Part shown: in pieces, positions 1-9,185 of the stretch | How positions within the stretch are numbered: position 1 is the stretch's first letter | How the letters are laid out: every line of letters starts with the position of its first letter | Source: a virus | Lineage: Duplodnaviria > Caudoviricetes | DNA length: 60,896 nt | Virus record (IMG/VR): IMGVR_UViG_3300049137_000128 | Coordinates: 1-60,896 of that record | Direction: 5' to 3' (one strand) | Notes under the pieces: model-generated | What the model was told of the DNA's origin: nothing | What the model saw: only the letters and a program-made list of their open reading frames with translations | The model's database searches: none | Translations under genes and position numbers: made by a program

Positions 1-57
1 CCATACTCACATCCGATAACGTCCCCCATCTCACGAAACACCATCCCAGGGGGGACC

Positions 58-642
58 ATGCGCCACACCCGCACGACCACACTCGCCGCACTCACCGCCG
101 CCACCCTGCTCGCCCTCACCGCCTGCACCCCGGAAGAAAGCGTCAACACCACACCCAAGGCCGGCACCTCCAAGTCCGCGAAGAAGACCACCGAGGACAA
201 GACCGACGACGCGCCCGCCAAGAAGACAGCGGCCGTCGGCGACACCCTCACCCTCAAGGGGATGGAGAACGGCGAGCAGCTCGATGTCACCCTGAAGAAG
301 TGGCTGCCGACCGCCGAGCCGGGCACGGAGTTCGACATCCCGCAGGACGGGAAGCGGTGGGCGGCCGCGCAGTTCGAGCTGGTGAACACCGGCAGCAAGG
401 TGTACGCCGACTCCCCGCAGAACGGGGCGAAGGCCGCCGACTCACAGGGGCAGCGGTTCGACTCGTGGTTCGGGGAGATCAAAGCCGGTCCGTCGATGTC
501 GTCGGACGTGAGCCTGCCGAACGGCGAGAAGGCGCTGGGGTGGATCGTGTTCGAGGTCCCGAAGGACTCGAAGATCGTGTCCGTGCAGTTCGGCATGAAC
601 TCCGGGTTCTCAGACCAGACCGGGCAGTGGGCCGTGAAGTAG
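58..642 (+). CDS. DUF4352-like lipoprotein (possible superinfection exclusion)
   Basis: Signal peptide with lipobox LTAC, K/T-rich linker, beta-rich domain ending GWIVFEVP..W. Confidence 0.7.
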   Translation: MRHTRTTTLAALTAATLLALTACTPEESVNTTPKAGTSKSAKKTTEDKTDDAPAKKTAAVGDTLTLKGMENGEQLDVTLKKWLPTAEPGTEFDIPQDGKRWAAAQFELVNTGSKVYADSPQNGAKAADSQGQRFDSWFGEIKAGPSMSSDVSLPNGEKALGWIVFEVPKDSKIVSVQFGMNSGFSDQTGQWAVK

Positions 643-652
643 GTTCGGGGCA

Positions 653-679
653 CGGCCCGGCCAACTGATGGCCGGGCCG
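653..679 (+). terminator. GC-rich hairpin after lipoprotein gene
   Basis: CGGCCCGGCCA-actga-TGGCCGGGCCG perfect 11-bp stem. Confidence 0.6.
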
Positions 680-698
680 CTGCTAGAGAGGGGACCTC

Positions 699-1151
699 GT
701 GGGCATCGTCGAATTCCTGCGCGCACGCTACGTCGAAGCCCGCAACGCCGAAGAGGGAAAGCGGCGCATCATCCCAAGCCCGTTCGACGGCCACGACACG
801 GAATTCGTGCGCGACGCAGACGGCACCCGACTCCTCGTCGATGGGCACCCGTACCCGATCGAGGAGTACCAGAAGATCGCGACCGCACCCGCCGCCGATC
901 AGTTCGTGCTTGATGACCTCGACGCCAAGCTCGCCATCGTGGAGACCTACGCCACGACCGCCCGCCTCCGTGACGAAGCCGCTGCCCGCATCAAGGCAGC
1001 GGAGGCGGCGGGTGAGCGCCCCTCTGTGAACGATCTCGATACGTGGAACCGCGCGCAGCGGGAAGCCGGGATCCTGGAGATCCCTGTGCGTCTTCTCGCC
1101 CGTCCGCACCGAGCGAACCCGGACTTCGATGCCGCGTGGCTGGAGGACTGA
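699..1151 (+). CDS. DUF6221-like hypothetical protein
   Basis: IVEFLRAR N-terminus, AKLAIVE, and LLARPH..NPDFDAAW C-terminus typical of the family; purine-rich RBS before GTG. Confidence 0.65.
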   Translation: MGIVEFLRARYVEARNAEEGKRRIIPSPFDGHDTEFVRDADGTRLLVDGHPYPIEEYQKIATAPAADQFVLDDLDAKLAIVETYATTARLRDEAAARIKAAEAAGERPSVNDLDTWNRAQREAGILEIPVRLLARPHRANPDFDAAWLED

Positions 1152-1153
1152 AC

Positions 1154-1192
1154 CCGGAAGATCACCCCCGGGGCGCCTGCAAGACTGGATGC
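1154..1192 (+). promoter_or_regulatory. Late promoter copy 1 (leaderless)
   Basis: CCGGAAGATC at 1154, AAGACT at 1181, ATG at 1193. Confidence 0.6.
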
Positions 1193-1420
1193 ATGAGCGC
1201 CCCGGCTGCCTCGGACGGCACCCACTTCTGGTTCATGTCCCTCTACCTGGCAACGCCCGAAGGCTTCGCCTTCTACCGCCGGACAGGCACCTATACGCCC
1301 AACCCGGGTGGCACACGCACCGCCGCCTTCGAAAAACTCCTCGATCATGTGAAGGAGAAGAGCCCCGAGTTGCAGGGTGCTGTCGTCGTCGCCTTCGATA
1401 TGCAGCCCAACGCACTGTAG
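1193..1420 (+). CDS. Hypothetical protein (75 aa)
   Basis: High-GC3 ORF MSAPAASDG... directly after promoter motif. Confidence 0.65.
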   Translation: MSAPAASDGTHFWFMSLYLATPEGFAFYRRTGTYTPNPGGTRTAAFEKLLDHVKEKSPELQGAVVVAFDMQPNAL

Positions 1421-1423
1421 GCG

Positions 1424-1462
1424 CCGGAAGATCACCGCCGCGCGCCGGGCCACAATCACCCC
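1424..1462 (+). promoter_or_regulatory. Late promoter copy 2 (leaderless)
   Basis: CCGGAAGATC at 1424, CACAAT at 1451, ATG at 1463. Confidence 0.7.
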
Positions 1463-2002
1463 ATGAGCAGCTACCCGGCGCGCTGCCCCGCCCGCAACCT
1501 CAACGGCCGCCCCTGCGCCAACCCCGCCGGACAAGGCACCCGCCACCCAGGCCTAGGCACCTGCATCTGGCACCGAGGCGGACAACAACACGCCGAGGAG
1601 GCATGGGCCATGGCACAAGAACTCGCCGCCGAACGCGACATCACCCCACACGAGGCGTTGCTCAGCCTCGTGCGAACCGCCGCCGCCCGCGCCGCCTGGA
1701 CCGACAACATCATCTTCCAGCAGCTCCGCGACCACGTCGACAACGGCGGCGACCCGCTGAAACCGCCGACCGAACTCGCGCCGTGGCTGAAGCAGTCCCG
1801 CGAAGAACGCAAACTCGCCGCCGCCACCGCCAAGCAAGCCGTCGACGCCGGCGTCATGGCCGCCCTCGAACGCCGCCTCGACCTCGAAGGCGAGTTGGTG
1901 GCGAACGCGCTCGGCGCTGCGCTCGATGCGCTCGACCTGCCGCACGAGCAGCGCGTTGCAGCATTGGAGGCGGCGCAGGGGCGCTTGTTGGAGGCGGGCT
2001 GA
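1463..2002 (+). CDS. Putative terminase small subunit
   Basis: N-terminal C..C..C..H Zn motif (HGGxSTG-like), helical body, position upstream of packaging genes. Confidence 0.55.
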   Translation: MSSYPARCPARNLNGRPCANPAGQGTRHPGLGTCIWHRGGQQHAEEAWAMAQELAAERDITPHEALLSLVRTAAARAAWTDNIIFQQLRDHVDNGGDPLKPPTELAPWLKQSREERKLAAATAKQAVDAGVMAALERRLDLEGELVANALGAALDALDLPHEQRVAALEAAQGRLLEAG

Positions 2003-2057
2003 CGGTACCTCCGGGAAAATGGAGACCCAAGTTCCGGTCTGGTCAAAGGAGACCCCC

Positions 2058-2369
2058 GTGATAAAGGTCTGCACCACCCTCGAATCCGGCGCCGAAGTCT
2101 GCACCACCATCGACCTCGCCCACGACGCCGCATCCCGCGCCTACACCACCACCCTCGGCAACGGCAACGACGCCAGCTTCACCATCGGCCACAACCTCGA
2201 CAGCCTCGACGTACTGCCCGTCGTCCGCGACGTCGCCACCGGCGCCCTCACCGTCGCCACCCCCACCGTGACCGCCGTGGACGCCAACAGCGTCCGCCTG
2301 GACTTCCCCGCCGCGCCCACCGCAGGGCAGTTCCAGGTGACGCTCCTCGCCGTCACCCCGTCCGTCTGA
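2058..2369 (+). CDS. Small Thr-rich beta protein, possible virion decoration
   Basis: AAGGAG RBS then GTG at 2058; FTIGHNL..DV....RD....TAVDANSVRLDF pattern. Confidence 0.6.
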   Translation: MIKVCTTLESGAEVCTTIDLAHDAASRAYTTTLGNGNDASFTIGHNLDSLDVLPVVRDVATGALTVATPTVTAVDANSVRLDFPAAPTAGQFQVTLLAVTPSV

Positions 2370-2390
2370 CAGGGGCAGCACCCTCCGCGC

Positions 2391-2422
2391 GGGGCGGCAG
2401 TCTCCTCCTCGGCTGCCGCCCC
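2391..2422 (+). terminator. Hairpin
   Basis: GGGGCGGCAG / CTGCCGCCCC 10-bp stem. Confidence 0.5.
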
Positions 2423-2432
2423 CCGCCGGCGC

Positions 2433-2472
2433 CCGGAATGATCACCCGGAGGTCGCTGGCACCCTGCCGCGC
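2433..2472 (+). promoter_or_regulatory. Late promoter copy 3 (leaderless), upstream of sugar cassette
   Basis: CCGGAATGATC at 2433, CACCCT at 2460, ATG at 2473. Confidence 0.7.
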
Positions 2473-3486
2473 ATGCGCATCCTCCTCACCGGCGCGGCGG
2501 GGTTCGTCGGCTCCCACGTCCTCGCCCACCTCCTCGCCCACACCGACGCCCACATCGTCTGCCCGTGGACGCTCCGCCACCACGGCAACAGCCAACGCCT
2601 CGCCGCCGCCATCGACCAGGCGCCCGAGCCCGGCGCCTGGAACAACCGCGTCACAACCGTCATGCACGACCTCGCCACCCCGATGCCGGCCACGCTCGTC
2701 GACGAGATCGGGCCCGTCGACTACGTGCTGAACATTGCCTCCGAGTCCCACGTCGACCGCTCCATCTCCGAGCCGGCGGCGTTCATCCGGAACAACGTCG
2801 AGCTGGCGTTGAACATCCTCGACTACGCCCGGCAGGTGCGGCCGCGGATGGTGCTGCACATGGGCACCGATGAGGAGTACGGACCCGCGTACGGGGACTA
2901 CAAGCACCGCGAGTGGGACACCGTCCTCCCCTCCAACCCGTACAGCGCGTCGAAGGCGGCGCAGTCCGCGATCGCTACCTCCTACTGGCGGACGTACGGC
3001 GTTCCGGTCGTACTGACGCGGACGATGAACCTGATCGCTCCGGGCCAGGACGCGGAAAAGTTCGTGCCCACCGTGATCCGGAAGATCCTCGCCGGGGAGA
3101 CAGTCCAGATCCACGCCAGCCCCGAAGGAATCCCCGGTTCCCGGCACTGGATCGACGCGCGGGAGTTCGGCGCGGCGTGGCTGCACCTGCTGAACACGGT
3201 CGAGCCGGAGATGTACCCCGAGTACGACCGGCCCAGCATGTTCCACGTCGTCGGCGAGGAACGCTCCAACCTGCACATCGCGCAGACCATCGCGGACATC
3301 CTCGGCAAGCCGCTGCACTACGAGCTGGTCTCCTTCCACTCCAGCCGGCCAGGCCACGACCTGAGGTATGCGCTGGACGGGTCGAAGCTCGCGGAGGCGG
3401 GGTGGACGCCGGGTCGTCCGTTGGAGGAGACGCTGACGGACATCGTGAAGTGGTACACGGACCACCCGGCTTGGCTCGCCGCGTGA
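2473..3486 (+). CDS. rmlB: dTDP-glucose 4,6-dehydratase-like extended SDR
   Basis: TGAAGFVG, ASESHVDRSI, TDEEYG, YSASK, RPGHDLRYALD motifs. Confidence 0.85.
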   Translation: MRILLTGAAGFVGSHVLAHLLAHTDAHIVCPWTLRHHGNSQRLAAAIDQAPEPGAWNNRVTTVMHDLATPMPATLVDEIGPVDYVLNIASESHVDRSISEPAAFIRNNVELALNILDYARQVRPRMVLHMGTDEEYGPAYGDYKHREWDTVLPSNPYSASKAAQSAIATSYWRTYGVPVVLTRTMNLIAPGQDAEKFVPTVIRKILAGETVQIHASPEGIPGSRHWIDAREFGAAWLHLLNTVEPEMYPEYDRPSMFHVVGEERSNLHIAQTIADILGKPLHYELVSFHSSRPGHDLRYALDGSKLAEAGWTPGRPLEETLTDIVKWYTDHPAWLAA

Positions 3487-3713
3487 GCTCGGCCACGCCC
3501 AACCGCGGCGCTTCCGGGCAGAACGCTCTCCAGGCCCTTTCGGCAGCCGAGACCGAACTGAAAGTGATGCCCGGTGGGAACATCGGCACGGACGTGATGA
3601 TGGCGCACTCGGCCAAGGCCCAAGTCTTCGCCACCGCCGCCATCGTCCACGCGCTCCTGGAGATCGGCGACGTGCTGCGCGCGGCCGTTGCCGAGAGCGG
3701 GGACGCACCGTGA
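3483..3713 (+). CDS. Hypothetical protein
   Basis: GTGA overlaps with both neighbours. Confidence 0.55.
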   Translation: MSSATPNRGASGQNALQALSAAETELKVMPGGNIGTDVMMAHSAKAQVFATAAIVHALLEIGDVLRAAVAESGDAP

Positions 3714-4387
3714 GCACACCGTTCCGAGCCGCTGTGATCCCGACCCGCAACCGGCATGACCTGCTCGCCGACTGCATCAACAGCGTGGTGGACCAAGTCG
3801 ACCGGGTCATCGTCATCGACAACCTCTCGGATCCCCCGATCGAGCCGGAGCCGTGGGACGGCAAGGTCGGCGTCGCCGCACTGCCGATCGACCCACCCAA
3901 CATCAGCACCCTCTGGAACGTCGGACTCGCGCTCGCCGACGCGTCCGCCCGCCGGGCCGGTGCTGAGGCGTGGGACATCGCCGTCCTCAACTCCGACGTC
4001 GTCCTCCCCACCGGCTGGATCGGCGCCCTGTCGGTCGCGATGCGTTCCACCACCGCGGTCCTCGCCTACCCCGACCAGCATGGCGGCCAGCAGCAGATCC
4101 TCCACACGAAATCCGGGCCCGTCGACTTGCGAACAAGGCTTACCGGATACGCATTTCTGATGCGGGGCGAAAAAGCCTTGAGATTCGATGAGTCAATGGC
4201 CTGGTGGTATTCTGACGATGACATTTTCTGGAGAGGCGCCGAAATGGGAGGCGCTCTCCTTGTCCCGGGTTTGGCAGTTGATCATCGCTGCCCAAATGGG
4301 TCCATGTACGAACGCCCTGAACTCCAGGTGCAGGCAGGACTCGACCGGGAAACGTTCATCGCGAAATGGGGGCGACCGCCATGGTGA
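3710..4387 (+). CDS. Glycosyltransferase family 2
   Basis: VIPTRNR, VIVIDNLS, VLNSDV (DxD-like), WWYSDDD. Confidence 0.85.
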   Translation: MSTPFRAAVIPTRNRHDLLADCINSVVDQVDRVIVIDNLSDPPIEPEPWDGKVGVAALPIDPPNISTLWNVGLALADASARRAGAEAWDIAVLNSDVVLPTGWIGALSVAMRSTTAVLAYPDQHGGQQQILHTKSGPVDLRTRLTGYAFLMRGEKALRFDESMAWWYSDDDIFWRGAEMGGALLVPGLAVDHRCPNGSMYERPELQVQAGLDRETFIAKWGRPPW

Positions 4388-4950
4388 TTCGTTGCGCCGA
4401 GGAAGACTGCGAAAAGAAGGCGCGCACGCGAGGGCTGTGCAATGCACACTACGAATACGGGCGCCGTCGTGGGCAGTTTGACGGAGTCCTCAGCCCCAAG
4501 CAAGACGTAGAGAGGCGGTACCAGTCCAAGGTAGATCGGAGCGGTGGACCCGACGCCTGCCATCCATGGACTGCATCGGTCAACGAGCACGGCTATGGGA
4601 ACTTCCGTGCCGATGGCCGAATGAACCTTGCCCACCGATGGGCCTACGCAAAATTCGTCGCGCCGTTGCGTGATGAGGAAGTAGTCCGCCATTCCTGCGA
4701 CAACCCTCCGTGCCAGAACCTGCGGCACCTGCTCCCGGGCTCAATGAAGGACAACGTCCGCGACATGTTCGAGCGCGGTCGCTCTTACGACCGGAGGGGC
4801 GTCGGTAACTCGCGGGCGAAGCTCACGGAAAAGGAGGTCCTGGAAATCAGGTCCAGCCGTGAAGCGACAACGGTGCTGGCAGAACGCTACGGCGTCTCGA
4901 CGCAACTCATCAGCACGATCAAGCTGCGCCAGACGTGGTCGCACCTATGA
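4381..4950 (+). mobile_element. Free-standing HNH homing endonuclease
   Basis: C..C..GLC..HY N-terminus, AHRWAY..VRHSCDNPPCQN..HL..G...DN core, C-terminal AKLTE..V.EIR HTH; atypical codon usage. Confidence 0.85.
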
Positions 4951-4960
4951 GAGGAATCTC

Positions 4961-5776
4961 GTGAAGATCGCAATCACCGGGGGCAACGGCTTCCTCGGCC
5001 AAGCCGCCCTCGCCGCCGCCGAGAAAGCCGGGCACGCCGCATGGTCCTTCGACCGGGCACACGGCGACGACATCCTCGGCTCCCTCGACGGCCTCCACGA
5101 AGCCGACACCGTCATCCACCTCGCCGGGATGCTCGGCACCAGCGAACTGTTCGACGCCCCCGAAGGCGCCGTCCACGCCAACGTCATCGGCACCCTCCGC
5201 ATCCTGCGCTGGTGCCACGACAACAACGCCGCCTACGTCGGCATCGGCATGCCCGACGCGTTCCCGTCGGTGTACACGGCGACGAAGATGTGCGCCGCCC
5301 GCCTCGCCACCGCCTGGCACAAGGCCTACGGGCTCCGCGTCGCCCACGTCCGCGCGTTCAATGCCTACGGCGCCGGCCAGAAGTACGGGCCTGGGCACCC
5401 GCAGAAGATCCTCCCCACGTTCGCCCGCGCCGCGTGGTCTGGTCAGCCGTTGCCGGTGTGGGGTGACGGCGAGCAGACGATGGACCTGGTGCACGCCGAC
5501 GACGTGGGCCGCATGCTCGTCGACGCCGCAACTCATGGGGACGACGTCACGTTCGACGCCGGCACCGGTGTAGCGGTCACGGTGAACGAGTTCGCTCAGA
5601 TGGTGCTGGACATCACCGGGTCTCGGGCCGGGGTGGAGCATCTGCCGATGCGGACGGGCGAGACGCCGACGCGGATTGTCGCGGAGGGCGATGGCTGGGA
5701 CCGCCTGGATTGGAAGCCGGAACACGATTGGGCGCGCGTGGCGCAGGCGGTGGAGTGGTATCGGTCCACGGTATGA
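4961..5776 (+). CDS. NAD-dependent sugar epimerase/dehydratase
   Basis: TGGNGFLG, HLAG, YTATK, RAFNAYG, GDGEQTMDLVH; GAGGA RBS before GTG. Confidence 0.85.
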   Translation: MKIAITGGNGFLGQAALAAAEKAGHAAWSFDRAHGDDILGSLDGLHEADTVIHLAGMLGTSELFDAPEGAVHANVIGTLRILRWCHDNNAAYVGIGMPDAFPSVYTATKMCAARLATAWHKAYGLRVAHVRAFNAYGAGQKYGPGHPQKILPTFARAAWSGQPLPVWGDGEQTMDLVHADDVGRMLVDAATHGDDVTFDAGTGVAVTVNEFAQMVLDITGSRAGVEHLPMRTGETPTRIVAEGDGWDRLDWKPEHDWARVAQAVEWYRSTV

Positions 5777-6438
5777 GCGACATTGCGCTGATCACCGCGA
5801 TCTACGACTCGTACGACGAGCTGAAGCCGACGATGCCACAGCGCGGCGTGAGTGTGGACTGGGTTCTCGTCACCGACGACGAGACCCTCAAGGACGAGAC
5901 CACCGTGCGGGGCTGGCGGGTGGTGTACGAGCCGCGCCCGGGCGTTCATCCGAACCGGGCGGCGAAGCATCCGAAGTACGAGCCGTGGAAGTACACCGAC
6001 GCTGAGGCTTCGGTGTGGGTGGATGCGTCGTTCCGGATCGTGTCCGAGAAGCTCGCCGTGGAGGCTCTGTCGTTCGCGGATCCGATTGCCCAGTTCGCGC
6101 ACCCGTGGCGGGACTGCCTGTACGCGGAGGCCAAGGAGTCGGCGGGGCTGGCGAAGTACGACGGCGAGCCGGTGCTGACGCAGGCCGAGTGCTATCGGGA
6201 GTCCGGGCATCCGGAGGGGTGGGGGTTGTGGGCGACGGGGTTCATTGCCCGTCAGCACACGGAGTCGGTGCGGGCGCTTGGTGAGTTGTGGCTGGAGGAG
6301 ACGTACCGCTGGTCGTTTCAGGATCAGATCTCTCAGCCGTATGCCCTGCGGAAGGTGGGGCTTCGTCCGGCGGTACTGCCGGGGAATCATCTGGCCACGC
6401 CGTGGCTGGCTTATGAGGGGAGCGCGAGACACGGATGA
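5773..6438 (+). CDS. DUF616 (TOD1/MUCI70-like) glycosyltransferase
   Basis: TAIYDSYD, VTDD, SVWVDAS, HPWRDCLYAE, QDQIS.PY. Confidence 0.75.
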   Translation: MSDIALITAIYDSYDELKPTMPQRGVSVDWVLVTDDETLKDETTVRGWRVVYEPRPGVHPNRAAKHPKYEPWKYTDAEASVWVDASFRIVSEKLAVEALSFADPIAQFAHPWRDCLYAEAKESAGLAKYDGEPVLTQAECYRESGHPEGWGLWATGFIARQHTESVRALGELWLEETYRWSFQDQISQPYALRKVGLRPAVLPGNHLATPWLAYEGSARHG

Positions 6439-6875
6439 CGAGCATTGAGATAGGTGGCGGCCACCTCGTCCAGGCCGGGTGGACGAACCTCGACCCGACC
6501 CACGGCGTCGGCGACTGGAAGCGTCCCGCGCAGGTCGTACCGTGGCCTGCTGCGGACGGCAGCGTGCAGGCGATCCGCGCCTCGCACGTGATGGAGCACA
6601 TCCCGGCCGGGCAGCCCCGCATCGATGTGATGAACGAGGCGCACCGTGTCCTCAAGCCGGGCGGCGTGTTCGAGATCCGCGTGCCGAACGCGCTCAGCGG
6701 GACGTGGCACGCGTTCGCCGACCCGACGCACGTCAGCTTCTGGTGCCTGGCGTCGTTCCACTACTTCGACGGCAGCTTCGCGGCGAACGCCGACTACGGG
6801 ATCCGGTACTGGACCACGCACGAGCTGCTGATCCAGGGCGACAACGAAATCCTCTGGAAGGGCACACCGCGATGA
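6435..6875 (+). CDS. Class I SAM-dependent methyltransferase
   Basis: IEIGGG, ASHVMEHI, EAHRVLKPGG, DPTH. Confidence 0.8.
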   Translation: MTSIEIGGGHLVQAGWTNLDPTHGVGDWKRPAQVVPWPAADGSVQAIRASHVMEHIPAGQPRIDVMNEAHRVLKPGGVFEIRVPNALSGTWHAFADPTHVSFWCLASFHYFDGSFAANADYGIRYWTTHELLIQGDNEILWKGTPR

Positions 6876-7096
6876 CCGCGCCGGTCGGCTGGGGGCACGG
6901 ATCCTGGGTGCTGCGCGCCAAGCTCCTCGCACTCGGCGTCCCGGAAGACGAGGCGATCAATCTGATGAACGGACACGCGCACGACCTCGCGGAGAGGATC
7001 CGGGATAACGGGCTGCCAGCCAACTACGTCGACACCTTCCAGAACGGCGCCGACTGGGGTGCCGACCTCATCGACCCCGAGGCAGCGGGACCATGA
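6872..7096 (+). CDS. Hypothetical protein
   Basis: ATGA overlaps at both ends; AHDLAERIR..ADLIDP motif. Confidence 0.55.
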   Translation: MTAPVGWGHGSWVLRAKLLALGVPEDEAINLMNGHAHDLAERIRDNGLPANYVDTFQNGADWGADLIDPEAAGP

Positions 7097-7674
7097 AGCC
7101 GGGTGTCACCGTCGTCACGCCCTTTCACGAGCAGCGGCGCGCGAACGGAATGCTGGAGCGCGCCGCCCGCTCCGTCCGCGCCCAGACCGTCCCCGTTGAG
7201 CACATCCTCGCCGAGGACATCCACCACCTCGGCGCAGCCATCACCCGCGCCCACGGCCTCCACCTCGTCCAGACCGAGTGGACCGCGTTCCTCGACTCGG
7301 ACGACGAGCTGGACGCCGACCACATCGAGCAGCTCCTCGCCTGCGCGGCCGACACCGGGGCGGACTACGTGTACCCGTGGTTCCGCGTCGTCGGCGGCAC
7401 CGACCCGTTCCCGATGTTCTACGGCAAGCCCTTCGACCCCGAGTGCCCGAACTCCACCACCATCACGATCCTCGTACGTACCGAACTCGCGAAGCAGGTC
7501 GGGTTCGCCGCCGACCCCACAGTCCAAGTCGCGGGCGAAGACTTCCTCTTCACAAAGGGCTGCATCGCCGCCGGAGCGAAGATCGTTCACCTGCCCCGTA
7601 GGAGCTGGACGTGGCACCACGGATCTCACAACAGCTCTGGCCTCCCCGACAGGGGCGACGCACGCCGTCGCTGA
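7093..7674 (+). CDS. Glycosyltransferase family 2
   Basis: VTVVTP, SVRAQT, AFLDSDD, GEDF. Confidence 0.85.
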   Translation: MKPGVTVVTPFHEQRRANGMLERAARSVRAQTVPVEHILAEDIHHLGAAITRAHGLHLVQTEWTAFLDSDDELDADHIEQLLACAADTGADYVYPWFRVVGGTDPFPMFYGKPFDPECPNSTTITILVRTELAKQVGFAADPTVQVAGEDFLFTKGCIAAGAKIVHLPRRSWTWHHGSHNSSGLPDRGDARRR

Positions 7675-7776
7675 GTGGCGCCCCTATGCGCTTCTCCCCG
7701 GGGGCGCCTACGGGTCAATGGGGCACACACAGCCCTGGCGCACGGGCAGCATACGAGGGAACCACCAGGCGCCGTT

Positions 7777-7815
7777 CCGGAAGCCGACGCCCCCACCACC
7801 GGTGACAATCCGGCC
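7777..7815 (+). promoter_or_regulatory. Late promoter copy 4 (leaderless)
   Basis: CCGGAA at 7777, GACAAT at 7804, ATG at 7816. Confidence 0.65.
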
Positions 7816-9180
7816 ATGGGAACCGACGACCGGGCAACAGTGGCAGCACGCGCCGCCGCCCTCCTCGGCGCCCAACTCAAACCCCGCTGGCAGCCACAAC
7901 CCCACCAAATCCCACCCGACGGCAACTGGACAGGCTGGCTGTTGATGGCCGGACGAGGTGCCGGGAAGTCGAAGGCGTGCGCCGAGTACGTACGCCAGCA
8001 CGTCAACGGACCACCCTGCCTCCCCGGCCCGGTGCCGCACTGGATCGCGATCATCGCCCCGACCCTCGGTGACGGCGTCACCTCCATGTACGAAGGCCCC
8101 GGCGGCATCCGCAACGCCGACCCCGGAGCACGCCTCGTCCAAGCCCCCGGCGGAATGGTCATCCGCTGGCCCAACGGATCCCAGGCGAAGATGTACGGCT
8201 CGCATACGCCCGAGGACGTCGAACGCCTCCGCGCCGGCGGTAACTCGTGCCTCGCCGTGCTGGAAGAGTTCGCGACCTGGCGGTACATGGAACAGACCTA
8301 CGACCAACTCCGGTTCGGCCTCCGCTCCGGCAGCCGCCCGCACTGGATCGCCGCCACCACCCCCAAGCCGCGCCCGCTGCTCAAGCGGATGATCAGCGGC
8401 GACATCCCCGGCATCGTGCACACCCACGCCACGATGTACGACAACCCCCACCTCGAACAGACCGTCAAAGACGCCCTGGAGGACACGTACGCGGGCACCG
8501 ACATTGGTGCGCAGGAACTCCACGGCCGCCTGATCGACGAGGTGTCCGAGGCACTGTGGAAACGGGCCACGCTGGAAGAGACCCGGGTACGGGCCGAGGA
8601 GGTACCGGAGCTCGCCCGAATCTCCGTGGGCGTCGACCCGTCCGGCGGTGCGGGCGAGCAGGGCATCGTCGTCGTCGGCAAGTCCGGCCTGGTGCTCCCC
8701 GGTGACGGTGGCCGGCCGCAGCATCACGGCTACGTCCTCGACGACCGGTCGTGCAAGTTGTCCCCGGACCAGTGGGGCCGTCGGGCGGTGCAGGCCGCGA
8801 TCGACTGGGAAGCCGACGAGTTGACCTGTGAGGTCAACTATGGCGGGGCCATGGCCGTGGCTACGCTGCGCACGGCGGCCGAGGCGCTCGGCGTGGACAT
8901 CCCCATCCGCACGGTCACGGCGACGCGCGGCAAGGTGGTGCGCGCGCAGCCGGTTGCCGCACTCGCAGCGCAGGGCCGCTGGCACATGGCCGGCGTATTC
9001 GAAGAGCTGGAGGACCAGCTCGCCACCTGGTACCCGGAACTCGGCTGGTCGCCGGACCGGCTGGACGCGATGGTGTGGCCAGCCTGGCAGATGAAGCTGG
9101 TGGGGACGGCTCCGCGTGGTCAGGGTTCGTTGGGTGGCGGGTTGGCCAGAACGCAGATCGTTGGCGGGCGTCTACGGTGA
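7816..9180 (+). CDS. Terminase large subunit
   Basis: Walker A GRGAGKS, Walker B VLEE, ATTPKP, nuclease VGVDPS and SPDRLDA. Confidence 0.92.
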   Translation: MGTDDRATVAARAAALLGAQLKPRWQPQPHQIPPDGNWTGWLLMAGRGAGKSKACAEYVRQHVNGPPCLPGPVPHWIAIIAPTLGDGVTSMYEGPGGIRNADPGARLVQAPGGMVIRWPNGSQAKMYGSHTPEDVERLRAGGNSCLAVLEEFATWRYMEQTYDQLRFGLRSGSRPHWIAATTPKPRPLLKRMISGDIPGIVHTHATMYDNPHLEQTVKDALEDTYAGTDIGAQELHGRLIDEVSEALWKRATLEETRVRAEEVPELARISVGVDPSGGAGEQGIVVVGKSGLVLPGDGGRPQHHGYVLDDRSCKLSPDQWGRRAVQAAIDWEADELTCEVNYGGAMAVATLRTAAEALGVDIPIRTVTATRGKVVRAQPVAALAAQGRWHMAGVFEELEDQLATWYPELGWSPDRLDAMVWPAWQMKLVGTAPRGQGSLGGGLARTQIVGGRLR

Positions 9181-9185
9181 CCGGC

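Noticed and set aside
2002-2040. Additional CCGGAA promoters at 2011 (CCGGGA) or on the minus strand at 2037
   Set aside because: No NANNNT at the 27-28 nt offset (TACCGT lies at 30)
7675-7815. Longer N-terminal extensions given by the ORF track (terminase, also portal, integrase, GntR)
   Set aside because: Extensions overlap promoter motifs and lack coding-like composition; downstream starts have an RBS or leaderless geometry
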